Positions 1-10,997 are shown, counted from the stretch's first letter. The stretch: 64,000 bases of DNA from Candidatus Poribacteria bacterium (GCA_965198175.1 OZ240245.1:704001-768000); one strand, 5' to 3'. Program-made: numbers and translations. Notes: generated by a model not told the origin, from the letters alone.

Positions 1-1413
1 TTCGGACTAAAGGTGTGGAACGAGACAACCTTTCCGAACGGTCCGCGGCGGATCATCGAAAGAGCAAACGAGCTAGGGGTGCACTTCGGGCTCTGGCTGA
101 CCGGCGGGTGTACCGTGCCGCCCGAGGTCCAGGACCACTGGAGAAGCGTGCTCTCTCACCATCTCGTCGATTACGGCATTGAAGGCGTCAAACACGACGG
201 GATGCAGCCGCGATGCTTTAGCCATGAGCATGCAGAACAACGTTTGCACCTTCCCGGAAAGTATTCCGTTGAGCCAATACAGGATGCCAACATCCGAATC
301 TATGCCCATGCACGCGAGTTGTGCCCCCATATCTGGCTTTTCCTGTATTGGGGGCACGATTCGCCATGGTGGTTGCTTCACGGAAATACGACATTCGACA
401 CCGGTCTGAACATGGAGATGCAGACGCCGAGCGCGTATCCAACGCTCTACGATCGGGACACTTTTATGCTCATGTTGGATCAGGCGCAGCAGTATCGGCA
501 CGATACGCCGGTTGTCGGTCGAGATTCACTGGGTGTCTGGATGACCACAGGATGGGCGCCACTCGGTTATGAACGGTGGATCGAAAACCTTGTCTTGGAC
601 ATCTGTCGCGGTACCGGTGTCTTACATCTCTGGGCAGACCTCCGTCGTTTCTCTGACGAAGACGTTGCTGTGTTGTCTCACATCGCTAAGGTCTTCAAAG
701 CTCATCCCGAATCTTTCCTGAACTCCCAGCCAATTATCGGCGATCCATGGAAAGGCGAACCGTACGGTTACGCTTGCTCCGACGGACAACACGTCTTCGT
801 CGTCGTGAATAATCCCACATGGCAGGATCAGCAGGTGAGCGTCCGTTTAGATGAGAGCCTCGCCGTAGAGAGTGATGGAGAGTGGAATCTCTATCGACAC
901 TATCCCAGACCAGCTCGATTGGTGACGCCGCACCGTTCCAAATGGCGCTTCGATGAATCTATAAGCTGGTATCTCCGACCATTTGAGGTTCTTCTTCTCC
1001 AGCTTGCACCTGTGAGAGAGGCCCCGGTTTTGAATGAACCGTTTCAGGAGGCACAACTACGTGAGACGCCTCCGCTACCGCCCGCTCAACAACTAAACCT
1101 GTCCTTTGAGCGGGCGGAGACTTCCGTTATCCACGTCCGGGGTGACATCGAACCATGTCCCAAGAATGCCGTTCTGGCGCTTGTCTTTCATGCGAGCCAT
1201 CGTGTCGTCGTGTTGCCCGGGAGCACCATTGGCGATCGAGAGGTCGGTCCCAGTGACTACTCGCTCATTCCTGGGATTCGCTCTGCACCTTGGCGAGTCG
1301 TCAGGATTCCGGTTGAGGCGTCCTCCGCTAGCCGAAGGATTGAACTTTTCTTGGAGGCGTCCCACCCTCAGCACGTAAAACAGTCGGCGTTTCTCATTCC
1401 AGAAGCTCCTTAA
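1..1413 (+). CDS. Putative glycoside hydrolase (alpha-galactosidase GH27/GH36-like TIM barrel), 5'-truncated by the window edge
   Basis: Frame is open from base 1. FPNG...LGVHFGLW and GIEGVKHDG resemble the clan GH-D K-x-D nucleophile region; the C-terminal part is beta-rich. Confidence 0.5.
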   Translation, partial: FGLKVWNETTFPNGPRRIIERANELGVHFGLWLTGGCTVPPEVQDHWRSVLSHHLVDYGIEGVKHDGMQPRCFSHEHAEQRLHLPGKYSVEPIQDANIRIYAHARELCPHIWLFLYWGHDSPWWLLHGNTTFDTGLNMEMQTPSAYPTLYDRDTFMLMLDQAQQYRHDTPVVGRDSLGVWMTTGWAPLGYERWIENLVLDICRGTGVLHLWADLRRFSDEDVAVLSHIAKVFKAHPESFLNSQPIIGDPWKGEPYGYACSDGQHVFVVVNNPTWQDQQVSVRLDESLAVESDGEWNLYRHYPRPARLVTPHRSKWRFDESISWYLRPFEVLLLQLAPVREAPVLNEPFQEAQLRETPPLPPAQQLNLSFERAETSVIHVRGDIEPCPKNAVLALVFHASHRVVVLPGSTIGDREVGPSDYSLIPGIRSAPWRVVRIPVEASSASRRIELFLEASHPQHVKQSAFLIPEAP

Positions 1414-1438
1414 AACGCATCCGCCGCGAAAGCTTCAA

Positions 1439-3745
1439 CTACTTGATTTCCACTGTACCACGCTCATGGAGAATAAACAAGCGACCGGTATCCATTTCGT
1501 ATAGCCAGCCGGCGGGTGCTGTCATTGAGCGAGATTGTGGGAGAGTCTTGACTTCCGGGATGGATTGGCTGTTTATCGTTACCTGCTTCGGTTTCGAACT
1601 CACAACGAGGATGTCCTGACTGGACGTTAGGCTCTCGTAGCGAATCGCCTCGTCATCGTACCTGATCTTCTTCACATAGCCAGAATGATAGAGCAGATGG
1701 TTCTCGCCCTCGGGTGCAGTCTCCGGAATCTCCGCCATGATGCGCGAAAGCTGGGTGTTGAAATCTAAAAGCAGGCAGGTCCGATTTTCGATGCCGGAGT
1801 TCAGCCCCTGACGGTACTTGCCATCAGCCTGCACCATCCATGTCATCGAGTTCGTGATGCGAAGTGCAAGTTCCTTGGCTGCCGGGTCCCCAGTCGCGCC
1901 ATACAGCCGGGCATAAGTTTCCGCCAGCCGCATATTGTGATGCGGGAGAAAAGCCGGCCAGCCCGTCTGTTCGCCAATTGCCGGAACACCTCTATGAATA
2001 CCGTCCGGTATGGCAAATTTCTCTTGGATATAATCGAGGATGCCCCTAACGCCCGTTATATGCTCGTCGTTCTCTTGGAGATGGTCGATCAACCACTGGG
2101 CGGTCATTAGCGCGGTTTGCTGATCGTATGATTTCTCGCCTTCAGAGTCAGTGTCCTCCGGGTTGTCCCCATAAAAACCCCACCAACGGTTGGTTTTCAC
2201 CGGACCGTCAACGAGCCAAGTGAGAGCGCGTTCGCCCGCTTGTCGATAATCCTCATCTCCCGTCAGATGCGCTAAATTCCTATAGAGTTGAGCATGCCAC
2301 AACTGGCTGGCGGTGTATGCAGCAATGACTTTGCCCGTTTCTAGGCTGACCCGAAACGGGAAACTGCCGTCGTGCCTCTGATGGGGCAACAGAGATTTGG
2401 CGATGTTGATGGCCGCTTGAAGATACTTTGGTTCCTCTGTCACGGCATAAAGCGACAGATAGGCGCATCCGGTATAGGAAGCCTTATCCAATTCAATCAC
2501 ATCAGCCAATCCGCCGGTCAGCGCTTTTCCTTCTCGGATGCCAAAGGTCGATTTCGGCAGATTAGGGAACGGGAAATCGTCGGGAGTGCTGAAGGAATCA
2601 ATCAGCCAGTCCGCCCATTGCCTCGCAGCCTCAAGCGGTCGCGCATCTCCACTGTATAAATAATATTGAATATATCCGAATATCGTCGGTGGACCGTTGT
2701 GGGTCGGCCATTGGGTGGGGGAGTCGAAGCCCATATCGTCGAGAACCGTTGCCCATGTGAAAAAGTAGGGCGGCCAGCCGGTCTCTTCCATCATCTTGTC
2801 AAAATCCGTGCCTTTAGCTTCTGGACTACCGCCCTCGCTGGTCACTAGATTCCGTGCATTGAGGAACCATTCGGTATAATTTTTCATTATCCACGAATAT
2901 TGCCAACGCGGCAGGATGCGGCCGTTCCGATCATACGGCGGGTTAAACGCGGTATGCAGCACCGTGTCTTGAGGTAGTTCGCCCACCTCCAAATACGCAA
3001 AACGCGCCGTGGTATTGCGCGTAACCAAACCAACCCTGCCGCTCATCTGAAAAACTTCCGGCTCCCACTTTGAAACTAGATGGATGTCTGTGGTCTGGTC
3101 CGATACATGAGTGGGACGTCGCACCTCTTCCGGAAACGACGGCATATTCCCTTTCACTAAGGGAAAGGAATAGCTAAGCGTGAATCCATGATTGTACGTC
3201 GCCCGCACGTGCGCACCATCGACGAGAACTTCAATCTGATGCATCAGATTGCGTTGATCAGCCGGCAACCGCACCAAATCCCCCGGCATCCGTCCGAAAT
3301 CATAGCCGGGCCCATATCTTGTCAGTGCTGCGTATAAGGAGCCGCCCTTCCCCCGACGGATGGAGCAGATGATGTAGGTATTTTTGTTTTCTACGTGGAC
3401 GGCAACGCCGGCTTCAGCCTCCGGTTTGTCAGGGTTATCGAGCTTCACGAGCGCATTTACACGGCACCGATCGAATTTGGGATTGGGTAGGACAATGACC
3501 GAACTGCCGTGTTGAAGGTCGGCTGCGCTGCGGGTGGTTGGATTCGATTGGACGAGCAATCCTGATTGGATTTCCCAATTTCCCGATAACACCTCCATCT
3601 GTAAGTCGCCCGGGTTTCTAAAATCGCATCGCGCCGGCGTTCGCCACGGCAGACCATCTCCAATCCTTACAACAAGTGCCCGCTCGGCATCAACCTGCAA
3701 AGGAATTGACCCTATAATTAGTAAGAAACTTTCAATTATCATCAC
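1439..3745 (-). CDS. Hypothetical secreted protein: N-terminal beta-sandwich plus (alpha/alpha)-toroid, glycoside hydrolase-like
   Basis: 768-aa ORF with a hydrophobic N-terminus and repeated helical motifs (LYAVTEEPKYLQAA, LTGDEDYRQAG, ATGDPAAKELA) typical of six-hairpin glycosidases. Confidence 0.5.
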   Translation of the reverse strand: MMIIESFLLIIGSIPLQVDAERALVVRIGDGLPWRTPARCDFRNPGDLQMEVLSGNWEIQSGLLVQSNPTTRSAADLQHGSSVIVLPNPKFDRCRVNALVKLDNPDKPEAEAGVAVHVENKNTYIICSIRRGKGGSLYAALTRYGPGYDFGRMPGDLVRLPADQRNLMHQIEVLVDGAHVRATYNHGFTLSYSFPLVKGNMPSFPEEVRRPTHVSDQTTDIHLVSKWEPEVFQMSGRVGLVTRNTTARFAYLEVGELPQDTVLHTAFNPPYDRNGRILPRWQYSWIMKNYTEWFLNARNLVTSEGGSPEAKGTDFDKMMEETGWPPYFFTWATVLDDMGFDSPTQWPTHNGPPTIFGYIQYYLYSGDARPLEAARQWADWLIDSFSTPDDFPFPNLPKSTFGIREGKALTGGLADVIELDKASYTGCAYLSLYAVTEEPKYLQAAINIAKSLLPHQRHDGSFPFRVSLETGKVIAAYTASQLWHAQLYRNLAHLTGDEDYRQAGERALTWLVDGPVKTNRWWGFYGDNPEDTDSEGEKSYDQQTALMTAQWLIDHLQENDEHITGVRGILDYIQEKFAIPDGIHRGVPAIGEQTGWPAFLPHHNMRLAETYARLYGATGDPAAKELALRITNSMTWMVQADGKYRQGLNSGIENRTCLLLDFNTQLSRIMAEIPETAPEGENHLLYHSGYVKKIRYDDEAIRYESLTSSQDILVVSSKPKQVTINSQSIPEVKTLPQSRSMTAPAGWLYEMDTGRLFILHERGTVEIK

Positions 3746-3889
3746 TCACCTCTGTCCGTTTGAACTTAGGAACTCGTCATAAAATCCTGCAACTTCTGGA
3801 AGAATAACGCGCCGCTTGGGAGCGCCAAGGTACATAATATCTAAAACGCCGAAAGCACGCGGATAGTTTCCCAGACCATTTAGCAACGT

Positions 3890-5794
3890 TTACGCAAAAA
3901 AACCGACAGAAGGCATGTAGATGTTGAAAGCCATGCCCACGATGCTAAAGATACTTCGAGGGATATAATCTCCTAAGATTAGCCCGAAAAAGAAGGGAAT
4001 GCCTTTTCTATGCACTTTCATTCCCCCGTACGTGAGTATAATTGACTTTATCAGCCAGCCCACCATTACAGGAAACCAGAAGTATATCATCCCGCCCCAG
4101 GTTCCGCCGGAAAGGACATACCCAGAAGGATGCAGCGGCCACCATAGAAATCTCGCCCGCATTACATACAAGAAAAATACAAATAAGAAGCCGCCTAGCA
4201 TAGAGGTAACGCCCCTGACGTCCGTCCCTTGAGGATACTGGAGCCAGCTTTGAAGCGGCCTGAAGATTTCCTGACCGAAATGGTAACCCACGCCTCTGCC
4301 TTGAGCGCCGTATGTGTAAGCTGCTTGTAGATATGCCAAAAAGGTTGCCACAGCACCTACACCGATAGCCAGCATCATTGCCTGTATCAGTCCGCGGTTA
4401 CTTGCATTGACCCGTGCCCCAATCTTCAGGGATTCCACCTGACTTGCCATCGGATGGGCTCTGTTGCATCTGTTGAACGCATGAAAGTGTGTCATTATCG
4501 TCAAATCCTCTCCGCGGAGCCGCCTTGTGCCGAACATCTTTACCATCATACCTCTGGGGGTTAGATTGATGCCGATTACCTCATGATAGGGTGGACCAAG
4601 TTCTGCCCGAACCCTGGCTATAGCTATGGCGAGTAAGTAGTAGAGAACGAAAAAAATTAAAATCGCCCATAAAGACATCCCCGCAAGATGACAGAACAGA
4701 GCGAGGAAAGCAAAGCTTACGAAAAACAGAAAAGTTGCTGACCTATATCGCATAGGTTCGCTCGAATCGTCGGTTTGAACGAACCCAAACACGTGCTTGG
4801 CAAAACTAATCAAGTGCCTTCTAGAAACCCAAAGCGCAAGGAAACCGATACCCATCCATGCGCCTCCTGCTCGTTCGTCAAGATAGAGCGACTTCATTCC
4901 TACCATGCTCGCAAACACGCTTTCTGTCTTAGTCAGCCAAAAGAAGAACCAGCATGAAAAAACCAGATCGAGCGGCATAAAATAGGTAAGCCCGACTACC
5001 GGCAGGTTGAAGAAGATTAAGGTATAACCTATGGCATTCCAGGGCTTTTCGGTGAAAAATTGGTCAATCCTGAATCCGTAAGGAATCTCTGGTAGTAAAG
5101 GGAAAAGGTCGTGGAAGCCGTTTATTATGCGGACGAAAGCGGAGATGGCAAATCCGCCCCACATCAGTCTAGAATTGAAGAACTTCCTATCCGTTGCCAT
5201 AGCGAGAGGTAGTTGTACTATCGGATAGCTCAGTTTTTCTTTTTCAATCCACTGTTTTCTAAGAACAGAACTTATGCATAGGAGCGAAAAGTAGAGGAAG
5301 AAAATGAAAGCCGACCACATCAAAATAGGGGTTGTCCATGCTTTGAGATGTTGAATTGTGTGGAATTTTGATTCGCCGTAGAAGTAACCTCGCAATATCT
5401 CCCTCTCTGAAACGGTAAACCACGGCGGTATATATTGCCAGAAAAGGCGCTGCCACTCATTTTCGGGCGATGCGTGCCAGAATGGATGGCTCAAAGCACC
5501 AAGCAGATAATCCATCATCGTATGGCCTGAAATGGTCGAGACCATCGTAACCATTATATAAATAACCAACAGTTCCGCGGGTGATAATGGAATCCTGTTC
5601 GAGTATCTGCCGTATGCGAAGTTGAAGACAATAAGGAGAGTGAGAGTAAAAATTGCGTTTGAGCACGGATGTACCAAGGTAAACAGATAACCCCACAGCT
5701 CACTTGCAATTCCGATCCAGTACGCGTTTATGACGACTAGAATCAATCCAATTACAACTGCTCTTCGGGTGATATGGGTTTTGGTTGAACTCAT
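3890..5794 (-). CDS. Polytopic membrane protein, DUF6785/DUF6784-like (putative OPT-like transporter)
   Basis: 634 aa with many TM segments; motifs LRKQWIEKEKLSYPIVQLP, RVRAELG and WWPLHPSGY recalled from this family. Confidence 0.6.
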   Translation of the reverse strand: MSSTKTHITRRAVVIGLILVVINAYWIGIASELWGYLFTLVHPCSNAIFTLTLLIVFNFAYGRYSNRIPLSPAELLVIYIMVTMVSTISGHTMMDYLLGALSHPFWHASPENEWQRLFWQYIPPWFTVSEREILRGYFYGESKFHTIQHLKAWTTPILMWSAFIFFLYFSLLCISSVLRKQWIEKEKLSYPIVQLPLAMATDRKFFNSRLMWGGFAISAFVRIINGFHDLFPLLPEIPYGFRIDQFFTEKPWNAIGYTLIFFNLPVVGLTYFMPLDLVFSCWFFFWLTKTESVFASMVGMKSLYLDERAGGAWMGIGFLALWVSRRHLISFAKHVFGFVQTDDSSEPMRYRSATFLFFVSFAFLALFCHLAGMSLWAILIFFVLYYLLAIAIARVRAELGPPYHEVIGINLTPRGMMVKMFGTRRLRGEDLTIMTHFHAFNRCNRAHPMASQVESLKIGARVNASNRGLIQAMMLAIGVGAVATFLAYLQAAYTYGAQGRGVGYHFGQEIFRPLQSWLQYPQGTDVRGVTSMLGGFLFVFFLYVMRARFLWWPLHPSGYVLSGGTWGGMIYFWFPVMVGWLIKSIILTYGGMKVHRKGIPFFFGLILGDYIPRSIFSIVGMAFNIYMPSVGFFA

Positions 5795-6084
5795 AGCGAG
5801 TATTGGGTATCGTTGTGGATGTGCGGTAATCGCCGTTTTTTTTGGCGGGAACGCTTAAGCTGTCAACTGAGCGGAGGGTGGCAGGTCTGAGCACGAAAAG
5901 GTCAGTTAGGTCACTGCGCTCCTACCCGGCCAGTTGACGGCAGGAAAGAGGAGAGTAAATCTTGTGAGAGATTGGTATCAAGATTAGGCGGTCTTGATGG
6001 GAAGCCGTTGAACGCACAAAATTATGTGGTCGTCCACCAAGACAGGCGAATCTCGTTAGCGGTTCGTGGTTGCGCAAGGTGCTC

Positions 6085-9000
6085 TCATTGTGCCAGAGAC
6101 TCATAGTAGCTATCCACCAAGTTTCGATATTCTGATGGTACGTCCTCCTTGAACACCTGCGAGAGACGTTTCTTTTCTTGAATCTCTATGAGGCGATCCG
6201 CAAGGGCGGTCTTTAATTTATTAAGTTCCCGCAACGCAAAGTCATAGTTGGGAAACGGTGCGTTGCGATGTCCACGACGCATGTCCATTGCATCTATCAG
6301 CCCAAGCCAGAGCTCTTTAATTTCTCGGTCAGAAGCTAAGCCTGCTTGCGCATTTTGCAATTCCTGCGCACGCGGCTGCATTTGCGCTTGAAGTTCCGAT
6401 AGCTGTTGTTGACGCTGTTCCTGCTCAGGCGTCAGTGAGGTCTTCTGATTATCCATCGCCTCTAGCTCACGTTGGATATCCTGCATCCGATCCTGCCACT
6501 GTTCAAGCTGTTCCAATGCAACCTCAAGTTGCTCTTCCTCTGTTCTCGACATATTTGCTTTGGCTTGTTGTAGTTCATCTCGTACCTGGAAAAGCGTATC
6601 AAGTACCTTTCGCTGATCCTGCTCAGCGGATTTGAAGGTTCGCCACCGTAATCTATGTTGAGCGCTCGCCATAGTTTCCGGCACTTGCTCCTCAACGATT
6701 CGATGTCTCGCCTTCAGGACGTTACGCGCCGCTTGCGAATGGTTTTCACTGAATCCCTCTTGCAAGTTGACAAGGCTGCGCTGCACCTGTTCGAGGTTGT
6801 GTTGCAGTGCCTGCTGTTGATTAGCTAACTGGGAAGCTCGCTTCAAATCTTCAGAATGCATACCGTTCTGTCTAGTCTGAGCGTCGAGGGCTGCGGTCTG
6901 TTCTCGAATCTCTGATTGCTTCGCGATAAGTCGATCCAATTGCTCGGTTGTCTTCTCAAGAGTTGCCTCTGTGAACTGGGTAGCGGTTTTCTCAAGCGTT
7001 TCAATCGCCTGCTGAAGATTTTCCTCCGCTTTTTGCCCCTTCGCAGCGCTCATCTGAGGTCTCCGCTCGCTCATATTTTGGGCAGCATCCTGCATCTGCT
7101 CAGACGCTTGCTGCATAGCCCGGCTTGCTTGTGTGACACACTGTCCTATATTTTGCCTTGATCCGCCTTGCTCTTGCGTCATCTGCGACAACTGCCGTGA
7201 CACCTGTCGGGCATCCTGAGCTAATTCTCCCTGTTGTTGGCTATTCTGATGTATCTCGCCTTGCGAAGGCTGCCCCTCGCGTCCCATCTGCTGACTTTGC
7301 TGGGTCAGTTGTTCCTGTTCCGCTAACATCTCTTGTGCTCGATTCAGGGCGTCTTCCACCTGCTCACGCATCTGTTCGTCCAGTTCGTTCTCATCTTTCT
7401 CAAACGCGCTTTGCAGCGCTTCCATTTCCACTTCCATATTATCTGCAACTTCCCGATTGCCGCTTCCGCGCATCCGTGTCAGCGCTTTCGGGAGTTCCAT
7501 TTCAACTCTGACCAGCAACTCAAGCGCGTCCTGTTCATGCGGCATTGCTTCTCGGGGTCTGATGGCATCCAGTTCATGATTGGCTTTGCGCATCTTATCA
7601 ATCGCCGCTTCGAAGTTTATCAGGATTTCCGGATCGATAGAAGTTGTGCGCATAGCGGTGCTAATCTCATTAACAAATCGTTGAACCCTATCTTTTAACT
7701 TTGCTTGTTGCTCACCCGTTTTCTTGACTACAAATTTGTAATCGTCCGTAGGTGGTGCAGGTTCAAGACTGCTGCCAAATCGTGGACGAGAATTGATATG
7801 CCCCCACGTCTCTTTGATAATCTGCTTCTGCTCTGCGACCAACCCCGCCAGAATTTCTCCCGCTGCTGACTCCGATTCTGCTTCCAGTTCCTCGTATCGT
7901 TCACTAAATGGGCGCACTTCGATAAAATGAATCTGAGAGATTCCGGTGCCCGAATTGTTATCGGTAGCTTGAGCGTAGTAAGAAATTACATCCCCCGGTT
8001 CCACGTTTAGCTCCTCAAGGTAGAAGTTGTACGAACCAGAGATTGCATTCCTTGCCCCAACGTCAACGGTCGCCATTGGTAATTCTTGCGCTTCACCGGA
8101 TCCAAGTGCGTACCGCAACGCCATTTCTTCAACTTTGTAGTCGTCTGTCGATTCGACGATAACTTGCACCTCTTCCAGCTTTGTGGCTTTGACATCTCGC
8201 CCAGGTTCCCTGATGACAACTTCGGGTGGGTTGTCGGGAATCGCTCGAATCGAGTATTCGATTGGGATCTGGTTTTTGAGCCCATTGACGCAGTGCAGTT
8301 CAACGGTATATTTTCCGTCTTCTATCACATCCAGCGACGCCGTGAGAGTGCGCCCTTCAGAAACGCCCATTGATATGGGGTTATTGTCCGTAACGGTGAG
8401 AGCCGCGGACTGAATGGCTTTGTTGGTGATGACACGGACTTCCGTCACAGTGCCGGCTACCGCGTGAATATTTCCGTCCCCTTGCTGAACAACCGGCTTC
8501 AGTTGCGTGTATTCGGGATACGTGTAGGAAACGCTAATGTCAGTAACTCTAGGTATGTCGAACACTTCAACGATGTAGCGTTCCGATTCCGTATTGTTCG
8601 CCAGGACGTAGTATTGCACGTCTTCATTGATATTAAAAATCTCATATTCAAACTTGTCCTTTTCCCCTTCATTTTGCACCATATTGACCTGTTGCTCTGG
8701 TGGCGAGTGCCGGTCTAGTTCAACGCGTTCTACGGTAGAAGGTCGGTTCATTCGGGTATAACCAAGCCTTACTTTGTCGGCGCCTTTGCCTGCGACCTCG
8801 ACATCGATTCGGAGGCTTTGACCGCGAGGGATGCGCGCGTTGCCCGGTTGCACGTTCAATCTTGTCGTAAGAACAGGTGCCGTTTTTTTCCACGGAACCA
8901 ACAGCCGGTGTAGGGCAGTGTTAATCTCGACGGGAAAAATTAAAAGGAGAAGAATACAGATAGCAAGGGCAGCAACTGCGATGCCGAGGTACTTATGCTT

Positions 9001-9447
9001 CCGGGTTTTGTCAACGGTTGCGTTGAAGTCCATCACTTCAGCATGCTCCGCAGCATCCGTGACCAGCCTTTGCAGCATGTGCGCCTCAATGGGGTCATCG
9101 GTGTTCCGGTCGCCGAACTGTAGCGCGCTAACGAGCCTATCCTCCAATTCAGGATGCTGTCGTTCGACGTTGAGTGCCACATCGCGCAAGGTTAACTTCG
9201 TGCGGATCGGTTGAACCACATATCTGTAAAGAGTGTATCCTACCGCTCCAATCGTGCCGATGAGCAGCACTGCGCGAATGCCACTTGGTAACGGCATCAA
9301 CAAATCAACAACGGCTTCTCCGGCGAGAATCGCAATCAGTCCAACAAGGACAATCGCACACCCAGTCCAAAGCAGTGTCCGTTTCCAAACGCGGCGTGCC
9401 TCGAACAGTTTCTCTTGTAATTGTGAGTAACCATCTCTCCTTGCCAC
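6085..9447 (-). CDS. DUF4175-like membrane-anchored protein with Ig-like domains and a long Gln-rich coiled coil
   Basis: 3 N-terminal TM helices, VERQHPELEDRLVSALQF motif, beta-rich middle region, Q/E-rich coiled coil and a VPSEYRNLVDSYYESL terminus. Confidence 0.65.
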   Translation of the reverse strand: MARRDGYSQLQEKLFEARRVWKRTLLWTGCAIVLVGLIAILAGEAVVDLLMPLPSGIRAVLLIGTIGAVGYTLYRYVVQPIRTKLTLRDVALNVERQHPELEDRLVSALQFGDRNTDDPIEAHMLQRLVTDAAEHAEVMDFNATVDKTRKHKYLGIAVAALAICILLLLIFPVEINTALHRLLVPWKKTAPVLTTRLNVQPGNARIPRGQSLRIDVEVAGKGADKVRLGYTRMNRPSTVERVELDRHSPPEQQVNMVQNEGEKDKFEYEIFNINEDVQYYVLANNTESERYIVEVFDIPRVTDISVSYTYPEYTQLKPVVQQGDGNIHAVAGTVTEVRVITNKAIQSAALTVTDNNPISMGVSEGRTLTASLDVIEDGKYTVELHCVNGLKNQIPIEYSIRAIPDNPPEVVIREPGRDVKATKLEEVQVIVESTDDYKVEEMALRYALGSGEAQELPMATVDVGARNAISGSYNFYLEELNVEPGDVISYYAQATDNNSGTGISQIHFIEVRPFSERYEELEAESESAAGEILAGLVAEQKQIIKETWGHINSRPRFGSSLEPAPPTDDYKFVVKKTGEQQAKLKDRVQRFVNEISTAMRTTSIDPEILINFEAAIDKMRKANHELDAIRPREAMPHEQDALELLVRVEMELPKALTRMRGSGNREVADNMEVEMEALQSAFEKDENELDEQMREQVEDALNRAQEMLAEQEQLTQQSQQMGREGQPSQGEIHQNSQQQGELAQDARQVSRQLSQMTQEQGGSRQNIGQCVTQASRAMQQASEQMQDAAQNMSERRPQMSAAKGQKAEENLQQAIETLEKTATQFTEATLEKTTEQLDRLIAKQSEIREQTAALDAQTRQNGMHSEDLKRASQLANQQQALQHNLEQVQRSLVNLQEGFSENHSQAARNVLKARHRIVEEQVPETMASAQHRLRWRTFKSAEQDQRKVLDTLFQVRDELQQAKANMSRTEEEQLEVALEQLEQWQDRMQDIQRELEAMDNQKTSLTPEQEQRQQQLSELQAQMQPRAQELQNAQAGLASDREIKELWLGLIDAMDMRRGHRNAPFPNYDFALRELNKLKTALADRLIEIQEKKRLSQVFKEDVPSEYRNLVDSYYESLAQ

Positions 9448-9503
9448 CGTCCACTCCTTCGAGGAAAAAGGGTTGTGCCTTCCCTATTCGACACAGAATC
9501 GCT

Positions 9504-10265
9504 TTACTTCGCTGTGTATCCGCCATCGACGAGAAGATGAGTCCCCGTCACAAATGAAGCGTCGTCGGACGCGAGAAACAGGATGCCGTGCGCAATCTCT
9601 CGAGGTTGAGCAACCCGCTTCAGAAGAGCCGGATCGCCCCACTCTTTTTGTGCGTCATCGGGCGAAAAATTCAACTCCTCCATTGCCTGATCAAGCGCCG
9701 GTGTATGCGTCACACCCGGACAGAGTGCGTTAACCCGTATATTGAAGGGCGCAAGATCCATCGCAAGGCATCGCGTGAAATTTAGCACAGCCGATTTTGA
9801 GGTGTTGTAGGGGACATAGTCAGGCTGCGCAATGAAGGAGCTGATGGAGCCAATATTGACGATTGAACCGACACCCGCTGCTTTCATCGCAGGAAGCACC
9901 GCCTTAACGCAGAACGCAGGACCTTTCACGTTGACACCCAAAATTCGATCCCAATCCGCTTCTGTCGCATCTTCTACCCGCCCGTAGATAAATGCGGCGG
10001 CGTTGTTGACGAGGATGTTAGTTGTTCCAAAAGCCTCAACTGCTGCATCGGCAATCCTTTTTGCATCTGCCTCTTTGGAAACATCCGCTTCAACCGCCAC
10101 CGCCTCACTAGTTTTCCGTACGTGCTCTACTGTCTCATTCGCACCATCAATGTTGATGTCAGCGACAACCACCTTCGCACCCTCTTCGGCAAAGAGTTGA
10201 CATGTGGCGCGTCCAATCCCTGAACCGCCTCCTGTAACAATGGCAACCTTATCTTTGACGCGCAT
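9504..10265 (-). CDS. Short-chain dehydrogenase/reductase (SDR)
   Basis: TGGGSGIG Rossmann motif, NNAA and catalytic YNTSK. Confidence 0.95.
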   Translation of the reverse strand: MRVKDKVAIVTGGGSGIGRATCQLFAEEGAKVVVADINIDGANETVEHVRKTSEAVAVEADVSKEADAKRIADAAVEAFGTTNILVNNAAAFIYGRVEDATEADWDRILGVNVKGPAFCVKAVLPAMKAAGVGSIVNIGSISSFIAQPDYVPYNTSKSAVLNFTRCLAMDLAPFNIRVNALCPGVTHTPALDQAMEELNFSPDDAQKEWGDPALLKRVAQPREIAHGILFLASDDASFVTGTHLLVDGGYTAK

Positions 10266-10525
10266 GGTTTTCCTTTCGTTTAAGAAGCCGTACCCCGGAA
10301 ATCGCGGGGGTTTTAAGTCTAATCCACAGTTTGCTCGATAAAAACACCGAATATTTTAACATCAGAAGCGGTAAAATGCAATTGCCTCTTAGTGTTCTTA
10401 ACCGCTCTGTTCAGGGTGCGAGTTGTTTCGCGGTACATTCCATTCGGATGTCAGGCTGGGCGGAGAATTAGTGACTAATTGTAATGGTCAAGTAGAATGC
10501 AGCCGCTCGCAACGCTTCGCACTTA

Positions 10526-10591
10526 CGCTCCAGCGGAGCGCGATGTTTATAGCATTTGTAAAATTTCTAACCTGCTGCCCCAGCGGAGCAG
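10526..10591. repeat. Two REP-like palindromes (GCTCCAGCGGAGC / GCCCCAGCGGAGC)
   Basis: cgctccagcggagcg at 10526-10540 and ctgccccagcggagcag at 10575-10591, in an intergenic region; each is followed by -atgt-. Confidence 0.5.
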
Positions 10592-10656
10592 AATGTGATT
10601 CTTGAGTAGCAAGTCGGTAGTGCTCCCTATCTTGAAAACTCGGTTTCTACATTTCC

Positions 10657-10935
10657 TTAGTCCTGAACCTCCTTCAGACGAGGCGGACGACAAGTCGGAC
10701 ACGGCTTATAGTCGATTTGTAGTGCGTCGGATAGAAACAACTCCTTATGTTCAATTCCGACATTGCGGCAGCTCATCCGATGATAATACCCTGATGTGCC
10801 CGTTACAACAACAGTATCATCCCCCGACCCCGATACAGCAGTAATCCGACGATAGATTCCGCAGCCAGTGAAATTCACAGTTGCGAATACAAAAGCTGCG
10901 ACAAACAGGGCGACCATCCAAAATCTCACCTTCAT
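10657..10935 (-). CDS. Small exported protein with an Ada-like metal-binding motif
   Basis: Signal peptide or lipobox-like FTGC; VVVTGTSGYYHRMSC...YKPCPTC (H-x3-C...CxxC). Confidence 0.6.
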   Translation of the reverse strand: MKVRFWMVALFVAAFVFATVNFTGCGIYRRITAVSGSGDDTVVVTGTSGYYHRMSCRNVGIEHKELFLSDALQIDYKPCPTCRPPRLKEVQD

Positions 10936-10997
10936 TAGACTCCCCCCTTTTTCATTGGAAATCGACCTATCCTAGTTCAAAACGCATGGACGCTCGT

